Origin: a virus
Length of the DNA: 64,000 nt
Reading direction: 5' to 3' (one strand)
IMG/VR virus record: IMGVR_UViG_3300044648_000206
Location: 1 to 64,000 of that record
In this document: piece after piece, positions 45,999-55,739 of the stretch
Layout of the letters: each line of letters opens with the position of its first letter
Numbering within the stretch: the stretch's first letter is position 1
Translations under genes and position numbers: made by a program
The notes under the pieces: model-generated
The model's database searches: none
What the model was told of the DNA's origin: nothing
Seen by the model: only the letters and a program-made list of their open reading frames with translations

Positions 45999-48900
45999 CG
46001 CTGGTCGTCCTCACGGCGCTCCGCTGACCCGTCGATGACCCGGGGGTCCTGGCCGCTGGCGATGTGCCGGGCGGTCGACGGGTCGTTGGTCTGGATCACG
46101 ATGTCCCGGTCCCGCATGGCCGCCTCGCGCTCCCGCCGCTCGAGGTCGGCCTGGTCGGCCAGGTGCTTCTCGGCCTCGTCCTTGCGACGCAGCGCCTGCT
46201 TGTAGATCATCGCGTTGCGGATGTTCTGCTCGTAGCGCGGGGCGTGCGAGGGCCGCAGCCGGCCCTCACTGCCCAGGGCCGCCTGGTAGAACCGGTACTG
46301 CTCGCGGATGTAGTCGTCGATGTCCTGCTTCTCGCCGACGTGGATCTTGGCCTTCTTGCTCTCGGCCACCCGCTGGTACTGCGCCGGCGTCCGGCCCGGG
46401 CCAACCTCGTCGCCGAAGTCGTAGGTCACGTCCATCGCGTTGCCGAGCATCATCTCGACCAGGTCCCACTCCCGGCCCTTCTTGGCCTGCTCAGGACGCT
46501 CCAGCCGGTCGACCGAGTCCTGCGGGACGCTGCCGAAGCCCTTGTCCATGAAGGTCCGCACGTCCTCGAGTAGGCCCTTCTTGGCGGCCGCCGGGTTGCG
46601 GCGGGCCTCCTCCAGGAAGGTCCGGTCGTCCATGGCGTACAGCCAGCGCATGTTGTCGTCGAGCTGGTTGCGCACCGGGCCGATCGCCGTCGCCCGGCCG
46701 GTGTTCGGGTCGGTGATGGAGGTACGGCCACGCAGCTCCCGACGCAGGGCGACCATCGCCTCGAGGTCCTGGTCCGGCCGGCCACCCGCAGCAGGAGCCT
46801 CGGTAGCCTGAGCCTTCTCCTCGACCTTCGCGGGAGTCTTGTCCCGGGACGGCAGAGCGGTGACCAGGCGGTTCTGGTGGCGCACCGTGTCGGCGGTGAG
46901 CTTGCCGGTCGCGCCGTGCGGTCCCGGCAGCCCAGGGATGCCCTCGATCGAGGTGTCGTAGTAGCCGACCAGTGCGCCTTCGGGCCGGTTGAACCGGGGC
47001 TTCACGTAGCCGTAGTCGAAGCCCTTGGGGTCCCGGTTCCGCCAGTCGACGTTGGTGATGTAGTAGGGGAACTGCTGCTGCAGCGCCTCCATGGACTTGT
47101 GGTAGCCCATGCCGTTGAGCTCGAGCGGGGACCGCTTGGCGCGCTCCTCGGACTCGGCCCGGGACAGGACCTCCTCGAACTCGTCGTTCCAGCCCTTGGA
47201 GCCGATGACCGCCTCCGGGGTGGCAAAGCCGGCCGCCACGTACTGGCGGGCCTCCTCCTCGACGAACTGCGGGGCGGTCAGCGGCGCGCTGAGGTGACCG
47301 TAGAGCGCGTTGTGCTGGGCCCGGCGGGAGGCGACCTCACGGCCGATCTCCTCCTGGGCCAGCGCCGTCCAGTCCGCGGCGTAGCCGTCCTGGGTCTTCA
47401 TGTGGGACGCCTTGGCGTTGACGAAGTCCTCGGCCAGCTTCCGCTTCTGAGCCTCGGAGAGCTGCGGGTCGCGCTTCTCCTCCTCGATCAGCTCGGAGAG
47501 GCGCTCGTCGTACTCCTTGCGGTCGGTGCGGTCCCGGGGGTTGAGCCCCTCGGCCGCCACCATCGCGTGCAGGTCGCGCATCCGCTCGGCCGGGATCTCG
47601 GCCAGCCGGACGTCCTGGGACTTCACCGCGTCAAGCAGGTGGCCGTACCGCTTGACCATCCGGCCGGCCTTGTCCGAGTAGCGCCGGGTGCCCCGGAAGG
47701 ACTCGTCGAACTCGATGGTGAAGACACCGTTGTGGCTGACCACGGTGACCGAGCGGGCGCCGCTCATCAGGCCGGTGTAGATGTCCTCGGTGGTCGGGCC
47801 GCCGAAGGTACGAGTCCGGATGTAGTCCCCACCCCGCAGCTTGCTCAGGGTCTTGAGGTTGAAGGGCAGGTACCAGTCGTCGCCGTAGCCGACAGCCTGG
47901 GTGACGACCTTGCCCTTCTTGTCGATGATGACGCCCTCGGAGGGCGGGATCGTGCCGGACTTGCGCTGCAGGTGCATCAGCTCGGCGTCGGGCAGCCGGT
48001 TCTGGAAGTAGGAGACCAGCTTGGACTCCTGGTGCACCGCAGGGCCGTGCCCGTGGCGCTCCCACTTGCCGTAGATCACCTGGTCGCGGCTGCTCGAGGA
48101 GACCACCGACTGCAGGCCGGGGTCGGGGCGCTTCTCCACGCCCCGGTAGCGGTAAGCCGCCCGGTCGGCGTGTGGGCCGATGACCTTCTGGGCCTCCGGA
48201 CCGTACTGGCCGGCGATCTCGGCCGTCCGCAGCGCCATCTGGGCCTGGTAGGGCAGGGTGGGGCCGGCCAGGTCGCTGAGCAGCTTGGAGCCGGCCCGCA
48301 TCCGGCGGAAGACCCGGCTGGACGGGTTGCGGACGTCCTCGGCGTCGAGGGTGTCCCAGTCCTCGGCGAAGGTCTTGAAGTTCTCCAGGCCGGGAGCCTT
48401 GCCCGTCTCCGGGTCGAGCGTCATGGCACGAGCCGCCCGACCGCCCGCAGCCGGGGAGCCGGTGAGCCCACCGACCAGGTTGAAGGCCGCGCCCTCCACG
48501 TTGAGCCCGCCGTCGACGATGACCGAGGCCTCGACCAGCTTCTTCTCCGCCGGGCCCTTGAACTTGGAGGCGTCCAGGTAGTCGTCTGGCTTCTGGCCCG
48601 GCACGTAGGGAACCGAGACCCGCTCGAGACCACCGAGCGGGCCCTTGCGGTAGAGCAGGCTGACGGTGGCCGTCCCGGCCGGCACCTCGGTGAACTCGTC
48701 AAGCATCCCGGCCAGCTGCAGGTAGGCCTGGTGGTACTGGGCCCGGTCCCGGCGGCTGAGGTGCTTGGCCTTGTCCTCCTGCATCCCGATCGAGCCGGCG
48801 AACCGGCCGCTCATCGGCTTGGCCCGGTCGTTGTACCGGATGATCTTCGTCTTGGACTTGAACTGGCCGGTGCGCGGGTCGTGGCCCTGCAGCTGGGCGA

Positions 48901-49222
48901 AGCGCCGGCGCTCCTCGGTGGTCAGCGAGCCGAAGCCGGCCTTGGAGACCACCTCGGCCACCCGGTGCAGGTGGTCCACGTCGTCACCGCTGGCGCGCTT
49001 GGAGACGTAGGTGCGGACCACACCCTCCTTGAGGTAGGCAGCCCGCTTGGAGACGATGGTGTCGATCCGGTGCTGGAGGACGTCCTGGTGGACCTCCATG
49101 TCGTGCTGGAGGGCGCCCCAGACGACCATCCGGGCGTACTCGGCCGCAGCCTCGGGCTCGAGCGACATGATGTCGTCGTAGACCCGCTTCGCGATGCCGG
49201 TCAGCGGCCGCAGCGTCGTCAC
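45995..49222 (-). CDS. large head-region (internal virion?) protein with degenerate JAB-like segment
   Basis: 1075 aa; GTG start after AAGGAG; located between portal and MuF. Confidence 0.7.
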   Translation of the reverse strand: MTTLRPLTGIAKRVYDDIMSLEPEAAAEYARMVVWGALQHDMEVHQDVLQHRIDTIVSKRAAYLKEGVVRTYVSKRASGDDVDHLHRVAEVVSKAGFGSLTTEERRRFAQLQGHDPRTGQFKSKTKIIRYNDRAKPMSGRFAGSIGMQEDKAKHLSRRDRAQYHQAYLQLAGMLDEFTEVPAGTATVSLLYRKGPLGGLERVSVPYVPGQKPDDYLDASKFKGPAEKKLVEASVIVDGGLNVEGAAFNLVGGLTGSPAAGGRAARAMTLDPETGKAPGLENFKTFAEDWDTLDAEDVRNPSSRVFRRMRAGSKLLSDLAGPTLPYQAQMALRTAEIAGQYGPEAQKVIGPHADRAAYRYRGVEKRPDPGLQSVVSSSSRDQVIYGKWERHGHGPAVHQESKLVSYFQNRLPDAELMHLQRKSGTIPPSEGVIIDKKGKVVTQAVGYGDDWYLPFNLKTLSKLRGGDYIRTRTFGGPTTEDIYTGLMSGARSVTVVSHNGVFTIEFDESFRGTRRYSDKAGRMVKRYGHLLDAVKSQDVRLAEIPAERMRDLHAMVAAEGLNPRDRTDRKEYDERLSELIEEEKRDPQLSEAQKRKLAEDFVNAKASHMKTQDGYAADWTALAQEEIGREVASRRAQHNALYGHLSAPLTAPQFVEEEARQYVAAGFATPEAVIGSKGWNDEFEEVLSRAESEERAKRSPLELNGMGYHKSMEALQQQFPYYITNVDWRNRDPKGFDYGYVKPRFNRPEGALVGYYDTSIEGIPGLPGPHGATGKLTADTVRHQNRLVTALPSRDKTPAKVEEKAQATEAPAAGGRPDQDLEAMVALRRELRGRTSITDPNTGRATAIGPVRNQLDDNMRWLYAMDDRTFLEEARRNPAAAKKGLLEDVRTFMDKGFGSVPQDSVDRLERPEQAKKGREWDLVEMMLGNAMDVTYDFGDEVGPGRTPAQYQRVAESKKAKIHVGEKQDIDDYIREQYRFYQAALGSEGRLRPSHAPRYEQNIRNAMIYKQALRRKDEAEKHLADQADLERREREAAMRDRDIVIQTNDPSTARHIASGQDPRVIDGSAERREDDQR

Positions 49223-50316
49223 TTCTTCTCCTTCGTTCGGCGAGCGGCCGCGACGGCTGCTGCACTTGCCCCGAGGGTGACTGCGGTCCCCAGGGCGGTT
49301 CCCGACTTGCCCCGGTGCGTCCACCCGAGGGCCCTGTGGGTCTTGGCCCCCGGCATGTCCTTGGGGTAGTTCCGGTACATGCCTGCGGTGAAGGCACCGT
49401 GCATCGCCTTCACGTTCTTGAGCTTCTTGTCGGTCTTCGACCGGGACATCCCGGACGCCTCGTGCTTGCGTGCTGCTGAGTGCTTGGCCTGGTAACCGGC
49501 CAGCTGGTACCCAGCCTGTCCTGCCCCGCCACCCAGGACGGCGGCGACCGCGGTCTTCTTGGCCTTCTTCTCGTCCTTGGAGGCGACCCGCTCGGCACCG
49601 TAGGAGGCTCCGCCACCTGCCGCAGAAGCCGCAGAAACACCGGCGCCCCAGCGTGCGGCGTCCATGGCCGGGCCGCGACCGTAGGCCTTGGTGATGTCCT
49701 GGCCGGCCGCGATGGCGTCGAAAGCCTTGTTGATCCGGGCCTGCTGCTCGCTCTTGGTGGGCAGCAGTCGCTCCCGCTCACCGCTGGAGAACTCCCGACC
49801 CTCCTCGTAGCGGGTAGGTCCGGTCGTCGGGGGAGTCGGGGTCTTCTTGGTGGCCACCTGGCGCAGCTTGCGCCGGTTGCGGGCACCCGCGCGGAACCGC
49901 ACCACGGTGTCCTTCGGGGTCAGCTCGTCGTCGTCGAAGCGGAACCGCTTCTTGGGCAGGCCAGACTCGAGCTTGGCCCGGTGGGTGCGGTTCTTGTCCC
50001 GGATGGCGACGTAGGCGTCCTTGGTGTCGTTGATGAGCCGCCGGTCGCCCTGGTCCGAGGCGAAGGTGCGCATCCCGGACCGGTTGAGCGCGACCACGGT
50101 CCGCTTCATCTTCCGGTCGACGTTGTAGGTGTTGCCGTTCGGGGCGTCGAAGGTGGTCTGCTTGTGCCGGGGCTCGACCGAGTCGACCTCCGAGCGCCGC
50201 TTGTACGGCTCCTTCGGCGCCTTGGGCGGCTTGCCGAACCGGTTGGCGTGGATGTACCCACCAGCGCCGGCGACCGCGGCGCCAGCCCCGATCGCCACCG
50301 CCTTGCGCCGGCTCAC
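49219..50316 (-). CDS. basic Gly/Ala-rich head-region protein
   Basis: Glycine-zipper segments; INKA/ITKA motifs. Confidence 0.65.
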   Translation of the reverse strand: MSRRKAVAIGAGAAVAGAGGYIHANRFGKPPKAPKEPYKRRSEVDSVEPRHKQTTFDAPNGNTYNVDRKMKRTVVALNRSGMRTFASDQGDRRLINDTKDAYVAIRDKNRTHRAKLESGLPKKRFRFDDDELTPKDTVVRFRAGARNRRKLRQVATKKTPTPPTTGPTRYEEGREFSSGERERLLPTKSEQQARINKAFDAIAAGQDITKAYGRGPAMDAARWGAGVSAASAAGGGASYGAERVASKDEKKAKKTAVAAVLGGGAGQAGYQLAGYQAKHSAARKHEASGMSRSKTDKKLKNVKAMHGAFTAGMYRNYPKDMPGAKTHRALGWTHRGKSGTALGTAVTLGASAAAVAAARRTKEKK

Positions 50317-52121
50317 TTCTTGCCCTTGGGCGGGGCCTTCTTCGGCGTGGCCTTCTTGGCAGGCTTCTTGGCAGCCGACTGCTGCTGGGCCTTCTGGCGC
50401 TCGAGCAGCAGCCGCTGGCGCTGCGACATCCGGGAGTAGGTCAGCTCCTGCTTGCCCTTGTCACGCTCGAACCGCAGGGACTGCTTGTTCCGCTCGGACT
50501 CGGTCTTGAGCCCGGTCTTGTGCCGCTCCTGCTCGATCTGCAGCTTGGTCTTGTGCGCCTCGTCCTTGTGGCGCATGTCCTGCTCGGCCATCTGCCGCTT
50601 GATCTCGATGTCGGTGTCCTGGACCGCTGAGGGGTCCGGCTGGGGCTGCTCCATCTGCATCTGCTGCTGCTGCAGACCGAGAGCGCCCTGCTGGGCCTCC
50701 ATCTGCATCCCGAGCATCTCCATGCGCTGCTGGGCGACCCGCATGACGTCGGCCTGCCGGCTCTCCAGCTCGAGGGCAGCCTCGGCCTCCTCGGACAGCT
50801 GGGGCAGCCGGGCGGCGTCCCGGACGAACTTCTCGAGCTCGGCGTCCGGGAACCAGACCACGCCAGCCTGAGCCATCTGGCCCATGAACTGGCCGAGCTG
50901 GGTGAGGTCGGGCGGGTCGACGTCGTTGGGCACGATCTTCGGCAGCTTCTCCGGGGTCCATGCGTTGATCTTGAACAGACGCGGGATGGCGTTCCGGTTG
51001 AAGACGTCGGCGATGGCCCGGGCGATGGAGTTGATCGCCGTGCGGAACAGGCCGGACTTGTCGGTGTGCATGGCGTAGGAGCCGACCGACTCGTGACCGA
51101 CCAGGATGAAGTCGGCCAGAACGGTCATCAGCATCCGCTGCTCGTACCGCTGGATGATGGCCGAGGTGTCGAAGGCCCGGGTGCCGCCGGAGCTGAGCAG
51201 CTCGAAGTCGAACAGCGGCTGCTTGGTTTCCTGGTCGTACAGGGTGGGCAGGACGATGCCCTCCTGCTCGTCCCGGCGCACCGAGCGGACCATGCGCTTG
51301 TAGGCCTCGACCATCTTGGCCTTGTCGGTGCCCGGCTGGGCGTTGAGGTAGTCGGCCGGCACCCGCCCGACCGGCATACCGGCCAGGTCGCGCTCGGCGC
51401 CGATGGCCTCGATCTCCTCGAGGCGCTTCTTCATGTACCAGGGCCGGTAGGCGTTGCGCAGGATCGAGCGGCCCTCGGGGTTGTTCTTCACCGAGTTCGG
51501 CCGGAAGAGCAGGCACTTCTCGATCGGCAGCGGCACCGGGCGGTAGCTCGGCGGCGCCATCTGGATCATGCCCTTGAGCGAGCCGTTGTCGTCGAAGACC
51601 CACCGCAGCAGGGTCTCCTGCGCACGCAGCGGCATCTTGCGCCAGCCGATCTTGCCGTCCGTGTACTGGCTCTTCTTGAGCGGGTCCTCCTCCCAGGGGC
51701 CGACCCGGCGCTTGTAGCAGATCTCGTTCATGGCCCAGCCGTAGGGCAGCATGGTGAGGATCTCGGAGATCAGGTCGTCCCAGGTGTGGGACATGTCCTC
51801 CATGCACTGCTCGACGAACTCGGCAGCTTCCTTGTCCTCCGGGGCGTCCCCGGCGGCCTCCACCCGCCACTCGACCTGGCGCAGCAGCCGGTCGATGGCG
51901 AAGAGCAGCGCACCCACGATGGGGTCGTTGGTCTCCATCTCCCGGAAGATCTGGACGGCCTTGCGGCCGCGCAGCTGCGGGAGGAACTCCTCGTCGATGT
52001 ACCCGCCCGTACGGCGCAGGCCGGTCTGCCCCAGCTCGACGTGCGTCGGCACGTTCGTGGGCATCTCGTCGAGGGCCTCGAGGCTCTCGTCCTCGTACCC
52101 GAGGTGGGGGCTGACGGTCAT
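50313..52121 (-). CDS. portal protein
   Basis: Follows terminase; NNPEGRSILRNAYRPW...ERDLAGMP; Gln/Lys-rich tail. Confidence 0.9.
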   Translation of the reverse strand: MTVSPHLGYEDESLEALDEMPTNVPTHVELGQTGLRRTGGYIDEEFLPQLRGRKAVQIFREMETNDPIVGALLFAIDRLLRQVEWRVEAAGDAPEDKEAAEFVEQCMEDMSHTWDDLISEILTMLPYGWAMNEICYKRRVGPWEEDPLKKSQYTDGKIGWRKMPLRAQETLLRWVFDDNGSLKGMIQMAPPSYRPVPLPIEKCLLFRPNSVKNNPEGRSILRNAYRPWYMKKRLEEIEAIGAERDLAGMPVGRVPADYLNAQPGTDKAKMVEAYKRMVRSVRRDEQEGIVLPTLYDQETKQPLFDFELLSSGGTRAFDTSAIIQRYEQRMLMTVLADFILVGHESVGSYAMHTDKSGLFRTAINSIARAIADVFNRNAIPRLFKINAWTPEKLPKIVPNDVDPPDLTQLGQFMGQMAQAGVVWFPDAELEKFVRDAARLPQLSEEAEAALELESRQADVMRVAQQRMEMLGMQMEAQQGALGLQQQQMQMEQPQPDPSAVQDTDIEIKRQMAEQDMRHKDEAHKTKLQIEQERHKTGLKTESERNKQSLRFERDKGKQELTYSRMSQRQRLLLERQKAQQQSAAKKPAKKATPKKAPPKGKK

Positions 52122-52155
52122 GAAGTCATCGTCTCCGTGCTGTCTTGTCGCTCGG

Positions 52156-53727
52156 TCAAGCCATCAGGGACAGCTCATTGCCCCGCTTACGCTTCTCCGG
52201 CATGTGCACCTGGCCCTCGATGGGCTCGGCGGTCGGGTCGTGCTCGTTGCGGTTGTCGACCTCGAAGTGCCTGGCGTACCTGTTGGTGTCCTTGCCCTTG
52301 CCCATGACCAGGGGGATGGCCGGCGCCCCGCCCTTGGAGAAGCGGTAGTAGGCCAGGGCCAGCGCACAGACCTCGTCGGGCAGGTGGAAGCCTTGTGCCT
52401 TGGCATTGGAGTAGAGGTCGCCCACCTGGGCGTACTTGTGCGAAACGTAAGCGGTAGGGATGCGCGGGACCTTGAACATGTCCCGCTCCACCGCGTTGAC
52501 GTACTCAGAGAGCATCGAGGCGCGCTTGTCGCCGGTCATCATGAAGCCGTGCGCCCGGTCGTCGATGTAGTCGGCCACCACGTTGCCCAGACCGGTCCGG
52601 TCGTACTCGCCCTGGGCGCCGTACCGCTGCATGGCGTCGTTGAACATCTTGACCATGAAGGGGTAGGGCCGGCGGTTGAGCCGGGCCCAGTAGACGAGCT
52701 CGAGGCCCTGGGTGTCCACCCGGTCGGTGCGGATCACCGTGATGACGGTGTAGTCCTGCTCCTTGGCCCAGTCCGCCCCGATGATGTAGGTGCCCGGGTG
52801 CTCGGGGTCGGCGAAGACGTACTCCTCGTAGTCCTTGGCCTCCTTCTTGCGCAGGGGCTCCATGGGCAGGGAGAACATCCGCTCGACGGCCTCGGAGTCG
52901 AAGGCACGGTTGCCGATCGAGGGCTCACCCAGTTCGTACTCCACGCGCCACATCTCGGCCGGGATCGAGGCCTTCTTCTCCTCGATGGCCTTCTCGGTCA
53001 GCCAGCCGTCCTCGGGGTTGGCCGTGTCCTTGTAGCACCAGGTGTACTTGGGGATGTTCTTCTCGTCGGCCCGCTTGTAGATCTCGGTGAAGGTGCCCTC
53101 GGCGTTCTGCCAGGTCGAGCACATCACGGTGTAGGGCTCGACCCATTCGCCCAGGTAGTTCTTCTGCCGCATGGGCTGGCCCAGGGCCGCGTCCAGGATG
53201 GCCAGCTCCATCTCGTCGATCTCGTCGAGGAGCAGGAACGGCGGGTGAGGACCACGGACGGTCCGCTGGGAGGCGGTCAGCGGTCGGATGCGGGCCCGGT
53301 TGGTCAGCTTCATGACCTGGGCGCCCTCGTCCTTGAGCATGTACCGCGGGGCGTTCTTGAACTCGAGCGCGGCCCGCATGTGCTCGTGGATGTTGGCCGA
53401 CTGGGCGAAGGAGCCACCCAGCAGGTTGACGTCGCAGCCCATCATGAAGGCCTTGGTCAGGCCCAGGATCGAGAGCATGAAGCTCTTGCCCGACAGACCA
53501 CGAGAGCCGTGCCACAGCGCGATGCTGGTGACCGAGCTCTCGGGGTCGATCGAGTTGCGCCCGAAGTAGGCGTCGGCGAAGGCCTGGAACGGCGAGCAGT
53601 GCTCCGGGCAGACCTTGCCCCGGGGGATGGTGACGCCCCAGAGCGCCTTGACCATCCAGTACAGCTCGTCGTCCGTCGTCGGAGGGCGGCCGAGGACGAA
53701 CCCCGGTCCTTGCGACTCGATGGCCAT
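52156..53727 (-). CDS. terL: terminase large subunit
   Basis: GSRGLSGKS Walker A, LLLDEIDE Walker B, IGADWAKEQDYTV nuclease, DEVCALALA. Confidence 0.93.
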   Translation of the reverse strand: MAIESQGPGFVLGRPPTTDDELYWMVKALWGVTIPRGKVCPEHCSPFQAFADAYFGRNSIDPESSVTSIALWHGSRGLSGKSFMLSILGLTKAFMMGCDVNLLGGSFAQSANIHEHMRAALEFKNAPRYMLKDEGAQVMKLTNRARIRPLTASQRTVRGPHPPFLLLDEIDEMELAILDAALGQPMRQKNYLGEWVEPYTVMCSTWQNAEGTFTEIYKRADEKNIPKYTWCYKDTANPEDGWLTEKAIEEKKASIPAEMWRVEYELGEPSIGNRAFDSEAVERMFSLPMEPLRKKEAKDYEEYVFADPEHPGTYIIGADWAKEQDYTVITVIRTDRVDTQGLELVYWARLNRRPYPFMVKMFNDAMQRYGAQGEYDRTGLGNVVADYIDDRAHGFMMTGDKRASMLSEYVNAVERDMFKVPRIPTAYVSHKYAQVGDLYSNAKAQGFHLPDEVCALALAYYRFSKGGAPAIPLVMGKGKDTNRYARHFEVDNRNEHDPTAEPIEGQVHMPEKRKRGNELSLMA

Positions 53728-54140
53728 CAGCTTGGTTCGGAGGGGTGCGGGACGTCGCCGTCCGAGAGCCCCCGGATCTCCTCCACCCGAGTGATGTGCC
53801 GCTCGAGCGCCACACGGAGCTGCAGCAGGTCGGCATGGGTGGCCTTCTCAGCCACCTGGTCGGCCAGCTGGCGGAACTCCAGACGGTCGATCTTCTCGAT
53901 CTCCAGGTCGGTCAGTCGCGCCATGACGCCCTTCCGGCCAGGAACACCGTCTCGGTCCGGCACGCCGAACCAGTCGTCGAGAAACTCGTTGGTCCGACCC
54001 ATCAACGTGAAGATCGGTGAGCCGAACGCCCTCCACAGCACTGTTACGCCGCCGCTGACGACGATCACCGCTCCGAAGAACCAGAGCATCCCCGGGACGG
54101 TGATCGTCCAGCCTGCGGGCTCCGCTGCCCCCGCGAACAC
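53727..54140 (-). CDS. lysis-associated membrane protein
   Basis: One TM; FLDDWFGVPDRDGVPGRKGVMARL motif typical of actinophage lysis cassettes. Confidence 0.7.
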   Translation of the reverse strand: MFAGAAEPAGWTITVPGMLWFFGAVIVVSGGVTVLWRAFGSPIFTLMGRTNEFLDDWFGVPDRDGVPGRKGVMARLTDLEIEKIDRLEFRQLADQVAEKATHADLLQLRVALERHITRVEEIRGLSDGDVPHPSEPS

Positions 54141-54142
54141 GC

Positions 54143-54379
54143 TCAGGCCTCGGCGGGCTTGTTCTTCGCCTTGAAGACCATGTAGGCAGCTACCGCAGCC
54201 GTGACGATGCGGTAGACGTCACCCGAGGTGAGTGAGCCGTCCTCCGCCCCGTTCTGCACTGCCTGGACCACCTCGGCCCCGACGAAGAGGACGGCGGGGG
54301 CCGTAGCTGCTACAGCCTTCCAGTACTTGGGGAGCTCGTCGCGGAGCCAGCCCGCGACGTTGCCCGTAAGCTCGAACAT
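54143..54379 (-). CDS. holin
   Basis: 78 aa, YWKAVAA, two TM segments, after endolysin. Confidence 0.7.
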   Translation of the reverse strand: MFELTGNVAGWLRDELPKYWKAVAATAPAVLFVGAEVVQAVQNGAEDGSLTSGDVYRIVTAAVAAYMVFKAKNKPAEA

Positions 54380-54395
54380 CTCAGCCTTCCCTTGC

Positions 54396-55067
54396 TCAGC
54401 GGACCCGGAGCTTCTCGCCGGGCTTCAAGAGCTCTCGGTTGAGCTGCCAGAGCCGCAGCGGCGTGATGCCGTACTTCCGGCTGACCGAGAGAATGGAGTC
54501 GCCCGAGACCACCGTGTGGTACTCGTGGCGCTGCTCGTCCATCCAGGGGACGAGCTTGTTGTTGAACCAGCGCACCCGGTTCAGGCCCGGGCAGGGCTTG
54601 CCCTGGGCGTTCCAGAGGTCGAACAGCTTGTGGTAGCCCACCCCACCCTGGGAGACGTCACCAGGGCGGCTCATCTTGACCTTGCGCAGCGGGTAGCCGA
54701 ACTCCTTCGAGCTCCAGCTCAGGAAGTCCTTGATCGCTGCCTTCTGCTCCTTGGTCCACCAGCCCGGGCCCAGGCCCTGGGTCTCGACCGAGATGAAGCC
54801 GTAGCGCCGGCCGTCCCGGCCGATCCAGCTGTTGCCCCCGCCGTTGGCGTCGGCCTCCCGGCCGAAGACGCGGTACTGCTCGACCGAGCCGTCCTTGCGG
54901 ATGTGCAGGTGGCTCTCGATGCCACCGCTGGGACCGTTGAACCAGTTGAACAGCGACCAGGCGCTGCCCGCGTCGACGTGCAGGATGGCCCCGACCGGGA
55001 TGATCTCCGGGTCGTTGCTGCCAGCCGGGATCAGGCGGGCGTCCGCCTTCGGGTACAGCTGCTGCAT
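54396..55067 (-). CDS. endolysin: N-acetylmuramoyl-L-alanine amidase with LysM
   Basis: ILHVDAG...SHLHI..DG.VEQY...SVETQG...GYH...KPCPG; YHTVVSGDSILSVSRKYG. Confidence 0.9.
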   Translation of the reverse strand: MQQLYPKADARLIPAGSNDPEIIPVGAILHVDAGSAWSLFNWFNGPSGGIESHLHIRKDGSVEQYRVFGREADANGGGNSWIGRDGRRYGFISVETQGLGPGWWTKEQKAAIKDFLSWSSKEFGYPLRKVKMSRPGDVSQGGVGYHKLFDLWNAQGKPCPGLNRVRWFNNKLVPWMDEQRHEYHTVVSGDSILSVSRKYGITPLRLWQLNRELLKPGEKLRVR

Positions 55068-55152
55068 GACGAACTCCTCACCGAGGAGCTCTGGGCTGCT
55101 CCCCTCCTTCTCAGGCTGGGAGCGTTGTCCAGTCAACCCGTAGCATCAGCCC

Positions 55153-55359
55153 ATGAGCGAACTGCCCGAGGGCTGGGACAGGTGCCGGGTCGTCACCACG
55201 CTGCGCAACCAGCGCACGGCCAAGGGCGTGCGGTCGCTCACCCGCTGCACCAGCTGCGGGTTCACCACCGAGGACGAGCAGGAGCGTCGCGAGCACTACC
55301 CGCGCTACCTGCTGGGGCTGATCACTCACCCACCTGCTCGAGGCACTCCGAGCACTTGA
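55153..55359 (+). CDS. possible lone forward-strand small Zn-finger protein
   Basis: RCTSCGF...EH; codon usage plausible; no clear RBS. Confidence 0.35.
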   Translation: MSELPEGWDRCRVVTTLRNQRTAKGVRSLTRCTSCGFTTEDEQERREHYPRYLLGLITHPPARGTPST

Positions 55360-55513
55360 GGTAGCCCTCGCAGACGTTGTCGTTGCCGCACTCGTTGCAG
55401 ATCAGGTCTTGCAGCTCGTCGTAGATCACGAACTGCACCCGGGCGCCACGGACGGCGCGGGCCTCCTTGCGGCTGTCCCGGTGGAAGCCAGCCCCGGTCT
55501 GGTTGATCGGCAT
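55322..55513 (-). CDS. small Cys-rich protein
   Basis: CNECG...CSEC. Confidence 0.45.
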   Translation of the reverse strand: MPINQTGAGFHRDSRKEARAVRGARVQFVIYDELQDLICNECGNDNVCEGYLKCSECLEQVGE

Positions 55514-55619
55514 GGACCAAAAGTCTGGACCAAGTTGCCCCGTGTGCGTGGGAAGACGGGGCCAGCCTCCCTCCAACCAACCTTTGTTATGGCGAGGCCA
55601 TAGCTAAGGTTGTGACGCG

Positions 55620-55690
55620 CGAGGGTGCCCGGAATCGAACCGAGTCCAGCGGGTTTGGAAGCCGCGATGCTGCCGGTACACCACACCCCC
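55620..55690 (-). tRNA. trnW: tRNA-Trp(CCA), CCA end not encoded
   Basis: GGGGGTG/CACCCTC acceptor, loop TTCCAAA, GGTTCGATTCC; C31:C39 mismatch. Confidence 0.85.
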
Positions 55691-55739
55691 TCTGAGGAGG
55701 GGTGATCACCATCGGCGCATGGGAGGCACCGTAGCAGGG

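Noticed and set aside
55620-55690. Reading the tRNA as Gly(TCC)
   Set aside because: Stem register places CCA at positions 34-36, and the G discriminator fits Trp
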